Below, one piece after another: positions 55,260-64,000 of a stretch of DNA of 64,000 nucleotides; position 1 is the stretch's first letter; the number at the start of each line of letters is the position of its first letter. The stretch is from Dehalococcoidia bacterium (GTDB lineage Bacteria; Chloroflexota; Dehalococcoidia; Lucifugimonadales; UBA1127): contig JAPYRQ010000002.1 in the NCBI GenBank assembly GCA_029936935.1, forward strand, positions 226 to 64,225. Reading direction: 5' to 3'. A program made the translations under genes and the position numbers. The notes under the pieces are model-generated. The model ran no database searches. It saw only the letters and a program-made list of their open reading frames with translations, and was not told the DNA's origin.

Positions 55260-56036
55260 CTAACTCTTCAGCAGTGCCTTCAGCACCAAACACGGCCAGA
55301 AGAACTGTAGCGGCCCATCAGATTCAATGCCGAACGCCTCTGTGACGAGGGCCGTTGCGTTTACATAATCAGCGCGCATCTTGTCTACAACGTCGACTGG
55401 AGTCGCGGAGCGCTTCACCCAATCGTCGAAATCCAACGGTATCTTCATCAGCACAGTCTCTTCAACAGTGAAGCCGTTGACCGTGAGAAGGTCACTCCAC
55501 TGTTGGACTGATAGGTCTCGACTGTGACTTGGGTCGCGGCGAAGTTCGATGTCGTTCATCCACATTGCTGCCTCAGGCTCCTCTGGCGTCACGGTATCGA
55601 CAAGAATGACCGTGCCTCCCGGTTCCACGACGCGCGCCCACTCGCTCACGCCTACCGTCACATCACTGAAGTGGTGGGCGGCCAGCCTGCACGTCAACAG
55701 CCCAACGGAGTCATTGGCGAAAGGCAGCGACTCTGCGGACACTAGCGCGGGAGCGACGTTGGTCAGCCCTCGCGATGCAGCGTTTTGCATTGCGTGTTGG
55801 AGCATGGGCAACGCCAGGTCGGTGGAAAGCACGGTTGATCCGAAGGGTGAAACGGCAAACGCGGTGAAGCCTGCCCCGGAGCCGATGTCCACGGCAATGT
55901 TTGTCTCCACATCGCTGGCCATCGCAACGATGGCATCCAGGTCAGCACCCGCATTGAATACGTGACTTTGGGAATAGCCCAGGGCTTGCGCACTGAATTG
56001 CTGCTGGGACAACTTGGTTACGTCTCGTTCAGTCAT
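55260..56036 (-). CDS. Class I SAM-dependent methyltransferase
   Basis: Motif I is VDIGSGAGFTAFAV. The ORF-track start (56537) lies inside nudC. I trimmed it to MTERDVTKL (56036), whose ATG overlaps the nudC stop (TGATG). Confidence 0.8.
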   Translation of the reverse strand: MTERDVTKLSQQQFSAQALGYSQSHVFNAGADLDAIVAMASDVETNIAVDIGSGAGFTAFAVSPFGSTVLSTDLALPMLQHAMQNAASRGLTNVAPALVSAESLPFANDSVGLLTCRLAAHHFSDVTVGVSEWARVVEPGGTVILVDTVTPEEPEAAMWMNDIELRRDPSHSRDLSVQQWSDLLTVNGFTVEETVLMKIPLDFDDWVKRSATPVDVVDKMRADYVNATALVTEAFGIESDGPLQFFWPCLVLKALLKS

Positions 56037-56974
56037 CAGGGTAGGTCGTTGTTGGCCCAGGCGGTGATGAGGTGGTAGGCAATGGCGATAGAACCAGGGA
56101 GTGCCAGCCTCTCGTTGGTGCCTGCCAACCCGCTGATGACGTCTTTGCGAGTGAACCACTGCACGTCGGCCATTTCGCCTTCGTCCATGGTTATATCCGA
56201 TGTTGCGGCATCGGCATGACAGCCAATCATCAGCGTCGATGGGAACGGCCACGGCTGCGAGGAGTGGTAGCGCACGTTGCGCACCTGGATACCCGCCTCT
56301 TCCATGATCTCTCGTTGCACCGCTTCCTCTATCGACTCGCCCTGATCCATGAACCCGGCCAGTACGGAGTAACGGTTCATGGCGGCAAGTCTGCCCTTGG
56401 ACTGTCCTAGCAGCAAGCGATCGCCGTCTGACACAGCAGTGATGATGACCGGATCGGTTCGAGGGAAGTGCTGCGTGTTGCAGTTGGCGCATCGCCGCAC
56501 ATGCCCACCCTTCTTCATCTCCGTTGGGTGGCCGCACACAGAGCAGAATCCGTGCTTGTTGTGCCAGTTTATCTGCGCACGTGCCTGCGCCACGATGCCG
56601 GAATCGGTAGCACTGACGAGGCTTGTGACCCCTCGAGTGTCCTCAAATGCCCAATCGCCGCTGTCTTTCAGGGATTTGGTTGCGCTTTCGTTGTTGGTGA
56701 TATCCACCGTGAAATGGGCTATGCCATCTCGCAGACCCAGAAACACCCCTTCCACTTCTATGCCGAGTCGCTCGATGTCGCTTCCATCAATCCAACCCAG
56801 CTGTTGCTCGGCGCCCTCGGTAATCATGACCGTGTTTTCCCAGAGGGGAAGGAACTTGCTGGTGGCGGCCTTGGCGCTGGCGCTGAGCCATGCTTCATCG
56901 CGACGTTCGTGGTCGCCACGATCAAGGGGGTTTCCGGCATAGATGTGAGTCATACGTGAAAGGTCGTTGCTCAT
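56036..56974 (-). CDS. nudC: NAD+ diphosphatase (NADH pyrophosphatase), Nudix family
   Basis: Zinc ribbon CSVCGHPTEMKKGGHVRRCANC, then the Nudix box GFMDQGESIEEAVQREIMEEAGI and a downstream SQPWPFPSTLMIG. Confidence 0.85.
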   Translation of the reverse strand: MSNDLSRMTHIYAGNPLDRGDHERRDEAWLSASAKAATSKFLPLWENTVMITEGAEQQLGWIDGSDIERLGIEVEGVFLGLRDGIAHFTVDITNNESATKSLKDSGDWAFEDTRGVTSLVSATDSGIVAQARAQINWHNKHGFCSVCGHPTEMKKGGHVRRCANCNTQHFPRTDPVIITAVSDGDRLLLGQSKGRLAAMNRYSVLAGFMDQGESIEEAVQREIMEEAGIQVRNVRYHSSQPWPFPSTLMIGCHADAATSDITMDEGEMADVQWFTRKDVISGLAGTNERLALPGSIAIAYHLITAWANNDLP

Positions 56975-57089
56975 ACTTCTTCCAATGACAATTATTGTCT
57001 TTTGTGGGGAACAAAATGCCTGACTACCAAATGTGGCGATGGACCTGTCCGGGCTAAGGGGTTAGTCAGCCCGCCTGTTGAGGATGACG

Positions 57090-58057
57090 TCAGTGTTCAC
57101 AACGTGCTCCGGTACCTCGCCGCGTCCGAAGGCAATAATCTGGGATAGCCAACGCCAGGTTGGCTGCACGCCCGGAATTGCTGTGACTGGCGTTGTGAGG
57201 CTTCATCATGACACGCTCCGGGTCCAGGTCACGTAGGGGGCTGTCAGCAGGTAGCGGCTCCAGATAGAAGGTGTCCATCGCGGCGCCGGCAACCCATTCT
57301 TCTTTCAGGGCTTTGTGCAGGGCTGCTTCGTCCACCAGTTCGCCTCTAGCCAGATTCAGGAAGTAGGCGGAGGGTTTCATCGCCTTGAACTGGGCCTCGC
57401 CAATCATCATGTGTGTCTCTTCGTTGGCTACGGCGTGGAGTGTGACGATGTCTGAGTCTGCAAGCAGCGTATCAAGGTCTGTCATGGTGACACCGACTTT
57501 GTTCGCCGTCTCTTGGGTGACATAAGGGTCGTACGCCAGGAGTTCAACGTCCCAGCCAGCCAATCTCTCAGCTACGCCCCTGCCGATGCGGCCCAACCCA
57601 ACGATGCCTACGGCCTTACCGAAGAGGTAGCCGCCGCGAACGACGCTACCGCCCCATTCGCCAGCGCACAGGTTTTTTCCTTGTGCTTTGTCTGTTTGAC
57701 GAGGTTGAGCATCTGGCCGACGGTTACTTCGGCGACAGATAGGAAGTTCTCAGGAGTCGGGCTGTTGGCCACCATAACCCCGACATCTGTAGCGGATTCC
57801 TTATCGATCTTGTCAGTCCCGATGAACGGGACAATGAGGAGCTTCAGCTTGGTAGCCTGCTCCATTACTTCTCTAGTGATGAGGTCCTGACCCACCAAGA
57901 TCGCATCTGCGTCCTTGATCAATTCCATAAGCTCACCCTGGGTAAAGGGAGCTCTGGAAAGCGAACCGGGGTCTCTACCCACCACCAACTCGTGCCCAGC
58001 TTCCTTAATACGATCCAGCGCCTCAAGGTTGCTGGGCCGAGTTGCAACGACTTTCAT
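57090..58057 (-). pseudogene. D-isomer-specific 2-hydroxyacid dehydrogenase split by a 1-nt frameshift in a homopolymer (T6 on +, 57673-57678)
   Basis: ORF 57608-58057 is the N-terminal catalytic domain and ends out of frame (...KHKEKTCALANGAV...*). The other frame reads ...NLCAGEWGGSVVRGGYLFGKAVGIVGLGRIGRGVAERLAG and continues into ORF 57090-57596 (NAD-binding domain). The frames switch at GGAAAAAACC on the coding strand. Confidence 0.75.
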
Positions 58058-58084
58058 ATGCCTGTTTCTCCGAAGATTAAGGGT

Positions 58085-59791
58085 TTATGCACCGATGATG
58101 TTCAGCAATGCCTGACGGCCTTCCACCTGTACCGCGTGGAGGGCTCTCTTAATGGCGGCTGGTACCTCTGCAGGATCGTCTACCCGCTCACCGTAGCCGC
58201 CGGATGCCTGGCAGATCATCTCGTAGTTGAAGGCCTGGTTCAGCGTGGTGATTGCCCACGTGTCGGTCTTGGCTGCATAGCCGTTCGGGTTCATGTTCTT
58301 GGCAGAACTCTTGACGGCGTTCCAGATGCCGTTGTTCCAAACGATGAACAGGACAGGAATGCCCTGGGCCTCTGAAACGATGTGAGCGGCGGTTCCGGAA
58401 CCAAAGATGTAGGAGCCGTCGCCTGTGGTGCAGATGACTGTCTTGTCCGGTGCTGCGAGCTTGGCACCAAGGGCTGCGCCCAGGGCCCAGCCAAGGCTGC
58501 CTGCTGGCGGGATGCCGAACGTACTACCGGGAGCAGTGAATGCTACCTGGCTCATATCTACACCCAGCTCGGAGAGCAGGATAGTGTCGTCGCCCAGGTG
58601 CTTGGCCAACTCTCGGCTGAAATAGGCCTTGTTGATGGGGGTTTGGCCAACGCCTGCATCCGCCCTGGCGTCAATGGCGTCAAGTCGCTTGGTGCGGGCT
58701 TCGCCATACTTCGCTGCGCGTTCTGCAACTAACTTTGCGTCTACGCCAATCTTCTTGACCGCTTCTGTCAGTGCCTTCAATGCATGCTTGGGAGAACCGG
58801 CGAGGGTCAGGTCAGACCGATACCCTCGAATGGGGTACTTGCTGAACAACGGGTCTTCGCCCATCGAGATAATCGTAGCCTCTTCCTTGGGGCTGGTGCG
58901 CTTGGGTGTCCAGGGAACGTCTACTTCCAGCACAACTATGGCATCAGCTTCCGGTACCGCACTGGCAACGTCGCCGCCAGCGTGGAGGGGGTTGTTCTGT
59001 GGGAAGTTCACAAACGCCATGCCGGCCTCATAGACGGGCATACCCAAAGCCTCTGCCAGGTCTACCAATGGCTGAACAGCCTCCGGGTCTCGCCCGGAGG
59101 CACGAGTGATCAAAATCGGGTTCTTGGCTGCGACCAGGACTTTGGCAGCCTCATTGATGAGTTCCGGGGAAGGCATGCGGTCCGTTGCGGGCGCCATGCG
59201 CGGAGTTTCGCTGTAGGTGAACTCTTCAATCTTCTTGCCTAACACTTCGCGGGGGAGTGTCAGGTAGACAGGGCCGGCGGGTTCTGACTGGGTGATGGCG
59301 AGGGCACGGTCAACAACACCTTCCAGGTCTGCATCAGGTCGGAGTTCATAGTCCCATTTGACCCACTCTCGGACCATTGAGCCCTGGTCAAAGGACTCCT
59401 GGGCCCAGTGGATGTTGCCATCGCGGGAACCACTCTCATCGCCCTCTGTGAGGGGGGTGCGTCCGGCGGTGAACAGCATGGGTGTATTGGCACGTGCAGC
59501 GTTGATGATGCCGCCTGTTGCGTTTGCTGTCCCTGGGAGCGTGTGGACCATCACCACCTGGGGTTTACCGGTCACCATTGTGTAGCCGTGGGACATGGCA
59601 ACAGCTGTAACTTCATGGGGTACGGGAATGGGCTTGGGGAGCATCTGCTCCTGGTTGAACCTCTTGGCGTAAGCCTCCAGAATTGGCGCGAAGTCGGTTC
59701 CGCCATTGCCAAAGAAGTATTCCACTCCCCTAGCTGCCAGAAGCTCTAAATACGCTTCTGCTACTGTATCCACTTCAACTTTGCGAGCCAT
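58085..59791 (-). CDS. Thiamine-pyrophosphate-dependent enzyme (acetolactate-synthase-like superfamily; substrate unknown)
   Basis: 568 aa. It has an N-terminal TPP pyrimidine-binding domain (GVEYFFGNGGTDFAPILEA...HEVTAVAMSHGY) and a C-terminal TPP motif (GDGSYIFG...VWNNG). Confidence 0.85.
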   Translation of the reverse strand: MARKVEVDTVAEAYLELLAARGVEYFFGNGGTDFAPILEAYAKRFNQEQMLPKPIPVPHEVTAVAMSHGYTMVTGKPQVVMVHTLPGTANATGGIINAARANTPMLFTAGRTPLTEGDESGSRDGNIHWAQESFDQGSMVREWVKWDYELRPDADLEGVVDRALAITQSEPAGPVYLTLPREVLGKKIEEFTYSETPRMAPATDRMPSPELINEAAKVLVAAKNPILITRASGRDPEAVQPLVDLAEALGMPVYEAGMAFVNFPQNNPLHAGGDVASAVPEADAIVVLEVDVPWTPKRTSPKEEATIISMGEDPLFSKYPIRGYRSDLTLAGSPKHALKALTEAVKKIGVDAKLVAERAAKYGEARTKRLDAIDARADAGVGQTPINKAYFSRELAKHLGDDTILLSELGVDMSQVAFTAPGSTFGIPPAGSLGWALGAALGAKLAAPDKTVICTTGDGSYIFGSGTAAHIVSEAQGIPVLFIVWNNGIWNAVKSSAKNMNPNGYAAKTDTWAITTLNQAFNYEMICQASGGYGERVDDPAEVPAAIKRALHAVQVEGRQALLNIIGA

Positions 59792-60048
59792 TGAAATGCC
59801 TCCTGAGCATAGTTTAAGTAACGTAGGTGCGTTAGTGCGCGTATGCTACCGTTGCCCCCAAAGGCTGTCAACCGCGAAGGGCTTAAAGGCCGTCTGCGGG
59901 GCCGTTTGGCCCTTGACTATACTTTCCAGCGGCGTAAGCTATGGGAAAAGGGACTACGGGGGGTACCTCTAGTTCCTTTTGTTTATGAGTGTTTCATTAT
60001 GGCTGGCGATTTCCATGGGGGAGAACGTAGGCATAGGAGGAAGTAGCT

Positions 60049-61539
60049 ATGGTTCTGGATACTAAGAAGCCCCAGGGTGCTCACAACGCAGCACGGTACA
60101 AGGAAAGTTTGCGCGATGGTCGCGAGGTCTGGCTTGATGGCGAGATTGTGAAGGACGTTACAACACATCCTGCTTTTTCAACCACAATCGATGAACTTGC
60201 ACGGATATATGAACTTCAGCACACGGACGAATACAGGGATCAGATGACCTTTGTATCAGAAAGCGGCGTGCGCTGCAGTATCTCTTATCTGCTGCCCCGC
60301 AGTCTTGATGATCTCAAGAAGAAGCGGCGCAACAGTGAAATCTGGAACCAGCAAGCCTGGGGTCAGTTTGGGCGAGGCCCGGACCTGCTTCCCCAGTTTG
60401 TTTTGGGTATGTACAACAACAGGGAAGCCCTGAGCGCGGTGAAGAACCCGCACTGTGACTTTGGCGAGAATATTGTGAACTACCACACCTATTGCCAGGA
60501 GAACGACATCTTCCTGACCCACGCTCTTGGCGATCCTCAGGTAGACCGCAGCCAGCAGCCCCAGAACGAGACCCGACAGATCAAGGAAGAAGAACTGTCA
60601 CTCCACGTGGTGGAAGAGACGAACGAGGGCATCATCGTTTCCGGTGCCAAGCAGCTCTCTTCAGCCGCTCACTTGAGCAATGATACCTACGTATCACTGT
60701 CCGCCACCTTTGTGCGACGGGCAGACCCACGGTTCATTCAGGCATTCTCCATTCCTTCAAACACCAAAGGCCTGAAGATCATCTGCCGAGAGCCTGTCTC
60801 CCAGTACCCCGGCACATGGGGACACCCATTCGCCACAAAGTACGACGAACAGGACTCCATGCTCTTCTTCGATAACTGCTTGGTTCCCTGGGACAGGGTC
60901 TTCATGCTGTATGACGCTTCTTCAATGGTTCAGCGTCTAGCAGGCGGAGCCAACTTCCAGGGCTGGAGCAACTACATCCGCATCCACGAACGGATGAAGA
61001 CAATGACCGCAGTGGCAACAATGATTGCTGAGGCCATTGGTGTGAGCGAGTTCCGTGAAGTGGCAGCCAAGCTCGGTGAGATGATCATGTTCACAGAGAT
61101 CTGGCGCCATGCCATCAACGGCCTGGAGCAGTCTGCCTATATGACACAGGGCGGGCTCATGTCCGTTGGCCGTGGCACGGGCATGAACATGTTCTTCGCT
61201 CAGTTCTCCGCGCGAATGGTGGAGCTACTTCGACAGATCGGCGGCTCCGGCGTGGTGATGCAGCCCAGCGAGAAGGACCTGGCCAACTCAGACCTTCGGC
61301 CCTTCTTGGACAAGTACATGCGCGGCAAGGACGTCACCGTAGAGTACAAGTCACGGTTGTATCGCTTGGCCCATGACCTGTCCGCTTCATCCTTTGCCAT
61401 GCGGCAGGAAATCTACGAGTACTGGCACGGCGGTGACCCGAACCGGAACCGCGTCAACCTGTATCGTGGTCATGACCAGAGTGAGATCACAGATCGCATC
61501 AAGGACATGATTTCTGAGCCTCTACCTTACACTGGCTAG
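60049..61539 (+). CDS. HpaB-family flavin-dependent monooxygenase, oxygenase component (second paralog)
   Basis: 496 aa. It is collinear with 2282-3778 from the first residues (MVLDTKKPQGA vs MVLDTAKPEGA), and most positions look conserved by eye. Confidence 0.85.
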   Translation: MVLDTKKPQGAHNAARYKESLRDGREVWLDGEIVKDVTTHPAFSTTIDELARIYELQHTDEYRDQMTFVSESGVRCSISYLLPRSLDDLKKKRRNSEIWNQQAWGQFGRGPDLLPQFVLGMYNNREALSAVKNPHCDFGENIVNYHTYCQENDIFLTHALGDPQVDRSQQPQNETRQIKEEELSLHVVEETNEGIIVSGAKQLSSAAHLSNDTYVSLSATFVRRADPRFIQAFSIPSNTKGLKIICREPVSQYPGTWGHPFATKYDEQDSMLFFDNCLVPWDRVFMLYDASSMVQRLAGGANFQGWSNYIRIHERMKTMTAVATMIAEAIGVSEFREVAAKLGEMIMFTEIWRHAINGLEQSAYMTQGGLMSVGRGTGMNMFFAQFSARMVELLRQIGGSGVVMQPSEKDLANSDLRPFLDKYMRGKDVTVEYKSRLYRLAHDLSASSFAMRQEIYEYWHGGDPNRNRVNLYRGHDQSEITDRIKDMISEPLPYTG

Positions 61540-61556
61540 AATTCTTTCGAACCTAT

Positions 61557-61592
61557 AAAAAGAAGCCCTCCCAATCGGGAGGGCTTCTTTTT
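61557..61592. terminator. Bidirectional intrinsic terminator
   Basis: Perfect 16-bp stem AAAAAGAAGCCCTCCC / GGGAGGGCTTCTTTTT with a 4-nt loop. A/T tracts on both sides serve the convergent genes. Confidence 0.8.
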
Positions 61593-61604
61593 ATTTACGC
61601 TTCA

Positions 61605-62300
61605 TCATTCTTTCGATTCAGCAAGAAACTCCTGTACGTCCCGGAACGCGGCTACCAATCCATCGTGGGTTAGTCGACCTGTGTACGTGTTGTGAGGGCT
61701 GGGGTGATACGAGCCGAAGAGGGTGGGGAAGCCCGGGCCAAGGTCGTACCGAACTCGGTGTCCGAACACGACGCCTTTCGGCCTGACCAGTCCCTGCTCC
61801 TTGGCTACACGCAAATAGCTGTCAAAACCCAGCTTGCCCAGGGCCAGGATGGCTTTCACGTTGGGCATGAGGCCTAACTCTTCGATGAGGTAGAGGCGAC
61901 ATCGCGCCTGCTCTTCAACCGTGGGTTTATTTTCGGGCGGCGCGCACCTGACAGCGGACGTGATGCACGCGTTGATCATCTCCAGACCATCGCCACGGTG
62001 CTGGGAGGTGGGCTGGGTGACGAACCCCGCTTCGTGCAGCGCGCTTGCCAAAAAGTCTGCCGAAGGGTCTCCGGTGAACATGCGGCCTGTGCGGTTTCCC
62101 CCGTGGGCGGCTGGAGCCAGCCCGATAATGCAGACCTCTGCGTCCGGGCTTCCGAAGGTTGGGACGGGCTTGGCCCAGTAATCCCAGTCCATGTATCGCT
62201 TCACTTTGACCTCACCGGACCGCTCACGGTGCTCAACCAACCGTGGGCAGGCGCGGCAGGTAATAACCTGCTCCATAAGGACGTCCATTGCTTCTGACAT
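61605..62300 (-). CDS. Uracil-DNA glycosylase, family 4/5 (4Fe-4S type)
   Basis: 231 aa. CRACPRLV cluster region and active-site loop GLAPAAHGGNRTGRMFTGD. Family 5-like from memory of the UDGb motif. Confidence 0.85.
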   Translation of the reverse strand: MSEAMDVLMEQVITCRACPRLVEHRERSGEVKVKRYMDWDYWAKPVPTFGSPDAEVCIIGLAPAAHGGNRTGRMFTGDPSADFLASALHEAGFVTQPTSQHRGDGLEMINACITSAVRCAPPENKPTVEEQARCRLYLIEELGLMPNVKAILALGKLGFDSYLRVAKEQGLVRPKGVVFGHRVRYDLGPGFPTLFGSYHPSPHNTYTGRLTHDGLVAAFRDVQEFLAESKE

Positions 62301-62326
62301 ACTGCTCTTTCGTTAACGGAGTGCCG

Positions 62327-62566
62327 TTAAGTGTCTTCGCGTTCAAGTACCGTACAGGTGAGGGTAGCGCTGACCCCTGGGATGGAACGGATGTTGCCTC
62401 GCAATGCGGACGTCAGTTCCTCCGAGGTGTCCGCCTGGAGATCAACGATGAAATCGAAGGGCCCAAGCACCTCGTAAACCACCGTTCCGCTCATGGCTCG
62501 TAACCGTGCCGCAATTGCTTCTGTCTCAGAAGGTTCTGCGGTAATCATGATAAAGGCCTTTGCCAT
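62327..62566 (-). CDS. Stand-alone Lrp/AsnC-type ligand-binding (RAM) domain protein
   Basis: 79 aa from MAKAFIMITAEPSETEAIAARLRAM...VLGPFDFIVDLQADTSEEL. AGGAGGAAGG precedes this ATG, so the ORF-track start at 62626 is trimmed. Confidence 0.6.
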   Translation of the reverse strand: MAKAFIMITAEPSETEAIAARLRAMSGTVVYEVLGPFDFIVDLQADTSEELTSALRGNIRSIPGVSATLTCTVLEREDT

Positions 62567-62669
62567 TGCCTTCCTCCTGGTAGGAATGAGTAGATGGTGT
62601 GGGGCTTTGGCCACAGTGTACAACACCTAACTTGGCTTTAAGACTGGATACAGCTATACTGTGGCCACT

Positions 62670-63089
62670 ATGCCAATATATGAATTTCGATGCGGTAGCT
62701 GTAATTCCAAGGTTGCGATCTTCTTCAAGTCAATGACTACGGATGCGACCGGCACGTGCGAGCACTGCGGTAGCACCGACCTCCGGAGGTTGTTCTCAGC
62801 CTTTCGAGTGATGAAGCCAGCCTTCAACGTGAACAACCTGAACAAACAGGAACTCCTGGACGGGGTGAACTACACCGATCCCAGGTCAATGGCCAACTTC
62901 TTCAACAAGATGCAGGACACCTTCCAGGATGAGCCGAATGAGCACATGACTGAGATGGTCTCTCGCTTGGAGAAGGGTGAAGCCGTGGAAAAGGCCATGG
63001 ACCTGGATATGGGTTCCAACCAAAAGGGTGGCGATAGCCATGCTGGGCACAACCATGGCCCGGTAGGACCTGCGCCGGGCGGCGACTAA
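62670..63089 (+). CDS. FmdB-family zinc-ribbon putative regulatory protein
   Basis: MPIYEFRCGSCNSKV...CEHCGSTDLRRLFS is the CxxC...CxxC FmdB/TIGR02605-type N-terminus. The alternative start is ATG 62661. Confidence 0.75.
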   Translation: MPIYEFRCGSCNSKVAIFFKSMTTDATGTCEHCGSTDLRRLFSAFRVMKPAFNVNNLNKQELLDGVNYTDPRSMANFFNKMQDTFQDEPNEHMTEMVSRLEKGEAVEKAMDLDMGSNQKGGDSHAGHNHGPVGPAPGGD

Positions 63090-63112
63090 TCCAAGCAATC
63101 TCTTGAACGTTT

Positions 63113-63146
63113 AGAAAGGCCTGCTACTCAGCAGGCCTTTCTTTTT
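63113..63146 (+). terminator. Intrinsic terminator
   Basis: 12-bp stem AGAAAGGCCTGC / GCAGGCCTTTCT with a 6-nt loop, followed by TTTT. Confidence 0.75.
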
Positions 63147-63177
63147 GCCTAAGCTTCTTTGTTATAAGAACCCAAAG

Positions 63178-63217
63178 AGAAGAGCCCCGCTCCGCAGATG
63201 CGAAACGGGGCTCTTCT
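63178..63217 (-). terminator. Intrinsic terminator-like hairpin
   Basis: 12-bp stem AGAAGAGCCCCG / CGGGGCTCTTCT with a 16-nt loop, downstream of the minus-strand stop at 63249. Confidence 0.55.
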
Positions 63218-63248
63218 TATTTCCAGTTAGCTGGAAGTGACGTGCCGC

Positions 63249-64000
63249 TTACTTAGCCTTGATCCTTGAGAACTGAGGGAATACCTTCAGCGGGTTGTCG
63301 TGGACGATTGCGATCTTATCCGCTTCAGACAACGCTGGGTTGGCATCGATGATCGGGAGAAGGTCGTCGGATGTCCGGCCGAGGTTCAACTGAGACGGGT
63401 GATCCTCTGCCTGACGGATTGCTCCGCCGGAACCGGGGGCCTCTGTGCCCAAAGCGGTCTGGGCTACGCCCCACTGCTTGATGGACAGAGCCAAATAGTC
63501 AATGTCATACAGGCAGGTGTCGAACCAAAGGTTCTCGCCCTGGTAGTTGCCCTTGTGGTTGGAACTGGAGACGAACCGGTCAAGCGCGCCACCGCCGTGG
63601 GCGATGCAGATGCGCAGCTTGGGGAACTTCTCAAACAGGTCGCTGTAGGCCAGGATTCGTGTGGCCAAGAAGGTCTCAACTACGAAGCCGACCTGGTAGT
63701 TGCCAGGGATGTGGGCGATGCGTGGATCCAGGCAGTTGGTGCCGTGGATGAACACCGGCACGTCGTTCGCCTGGCACACTTCATAGACGGGATGCCAGTA
63801 GGCCTCGTTCATGCCCGGAGAGTTGTGGCGGCCATCCGGATCCGGGCTCAAGTACGTGCCAACGAAGCCACGCTCCTTGATGTTGAACTCAAACTCAGGT
63901 ACACAGTTGCTGAGGTCAGGTGCCTCTGCAATCTGTGGGAGCATGGTTGTGGACAGGAACCTGTCCGGGAAGTTCTCTGTCTGGTGATTGATGGTGTCGT
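63249..64000 (-). CDS. Amidohydrolase-2 family protein (ACMSD-like), 5' end runs off the right edge
   Basis: C-terminal blocks IAHGGGAL and DTCLYD. The reading frame stays open upstream of the listed Met (…DTINHQTENFPDRFLSTT-MLPQ), so the gene starts beyond 64000. It is a paralog class of 10252-11469. Confidence 0.8.
   Translation of the reverse strand, partial: DTINHQTENFPDRFLSTTMLPQIAEAPDLSNCVPEFEFNIKERGFVGTYLSPDPDGRHNSPGMNEAYWHPVYEVCQANDVPVFIHGTNCLDPRIAHIPGNYQVGFVVETFLATRILAYSDLFEKFPKLRICIAHGGGALDRFVSSSNHKGNYQGENLWFDTCLYDIDYLALSIKQWGVAQTALGTEAPGSGGAIRQAEDHPSQLNLGRTSDDLLPIIDANPALSEADKIAIVHDNPLKVFPQFSRIKAK

Noticed and set aside
56037-56537. N-terminal 166-aa extension of the methyltransferase ORF (425-aa version).
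   Set aside because: It lies entirely within nudC in another frame and is Arg/His-rich low-complexity sequence. The methyltransferase fold starts at MTERD, whose ATG overlaps the nudC stop.
1-64000. CRISPR arrays, rRNA genes, IS elements or transposases, prophage or toxin-antitoxin/defence cassettes.
   Set aside because: I saw no regularly spaced short repeats, no rRNA-like conserved blocks and no transposase, integrase or phage-like ORFs in any frame. The repeats found are terminator hairpins, one microsatellite, one 10-bp direct repeat and paralog-derived similarity.

Overview
This is a 64-kb bacterial chromosomal window. I call about 57 protein-coding genes or gene remnants, 2 tRNAs (Pro-GGG, Gln-CUG), and several strong intrinsic-terminator hairpins. 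I saw no rRNA, CRISPR array, transposase, integrase or phage genes. The window has three parts. (1) Positions 1-33.8 kb are an accessory, oxidation-heavy catabolic region. It holds an HpaB-family monooxygenase, two luciferase-like (LLM) flavin/F420 oxidoreductases, a meta-cleavage-type alpha/beta hydrolase, DUF3500, DinB, amidohydrolase-2, an arylsulfotransferase-like propeller, four MFS transporters and an S9 peptidase. (2) Positions 33.9-56 kb are core housekeeping genes: ffh, sbcC-like, osmC, tag, rpoC, rpoB, rsmD, coaD, aroG-type DAHP synthase, polA, nudC. (3) Positions 57-64 kb are accessory again: a split 2-hydroxyacid dehydrogenase, a TPP enzyme, a second HpaB paralog, UDG and a second amidohydrolase-2. 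The most unusual locus is a co-directional block at 16.8-27.0 kb with six paralogous alpha-only Rieske non-heme-iron oxygenase genes. The block also contains an orphan family-5 solute-binding lipoprotein and a 62-aa ORF. It faces a divergent LysR gene that carries an in-frame TAG. No reductase, ferredoxin or beta subunit is present anywhere in the window. The paralogs show patchy near-identity at the nucleotide level that does not follow their overall relatedness, which looks like gene conversion. Four accessory genes are disrupted: three by single-base frameshifts at short homopolymers and one by an amber stop. From sequence alone these cannot be told apart from sequencing or assembly errors. 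A candidate attenuator-type leader with a T-box-like core lies upstream of the DAHP synthase gene. The gene content fits a marine Chloroflexota (SAR202-like) heterotroph, but that lineage call is inference and needs a database search. All functional calls come from reading motifs in the translations; no searches were run.
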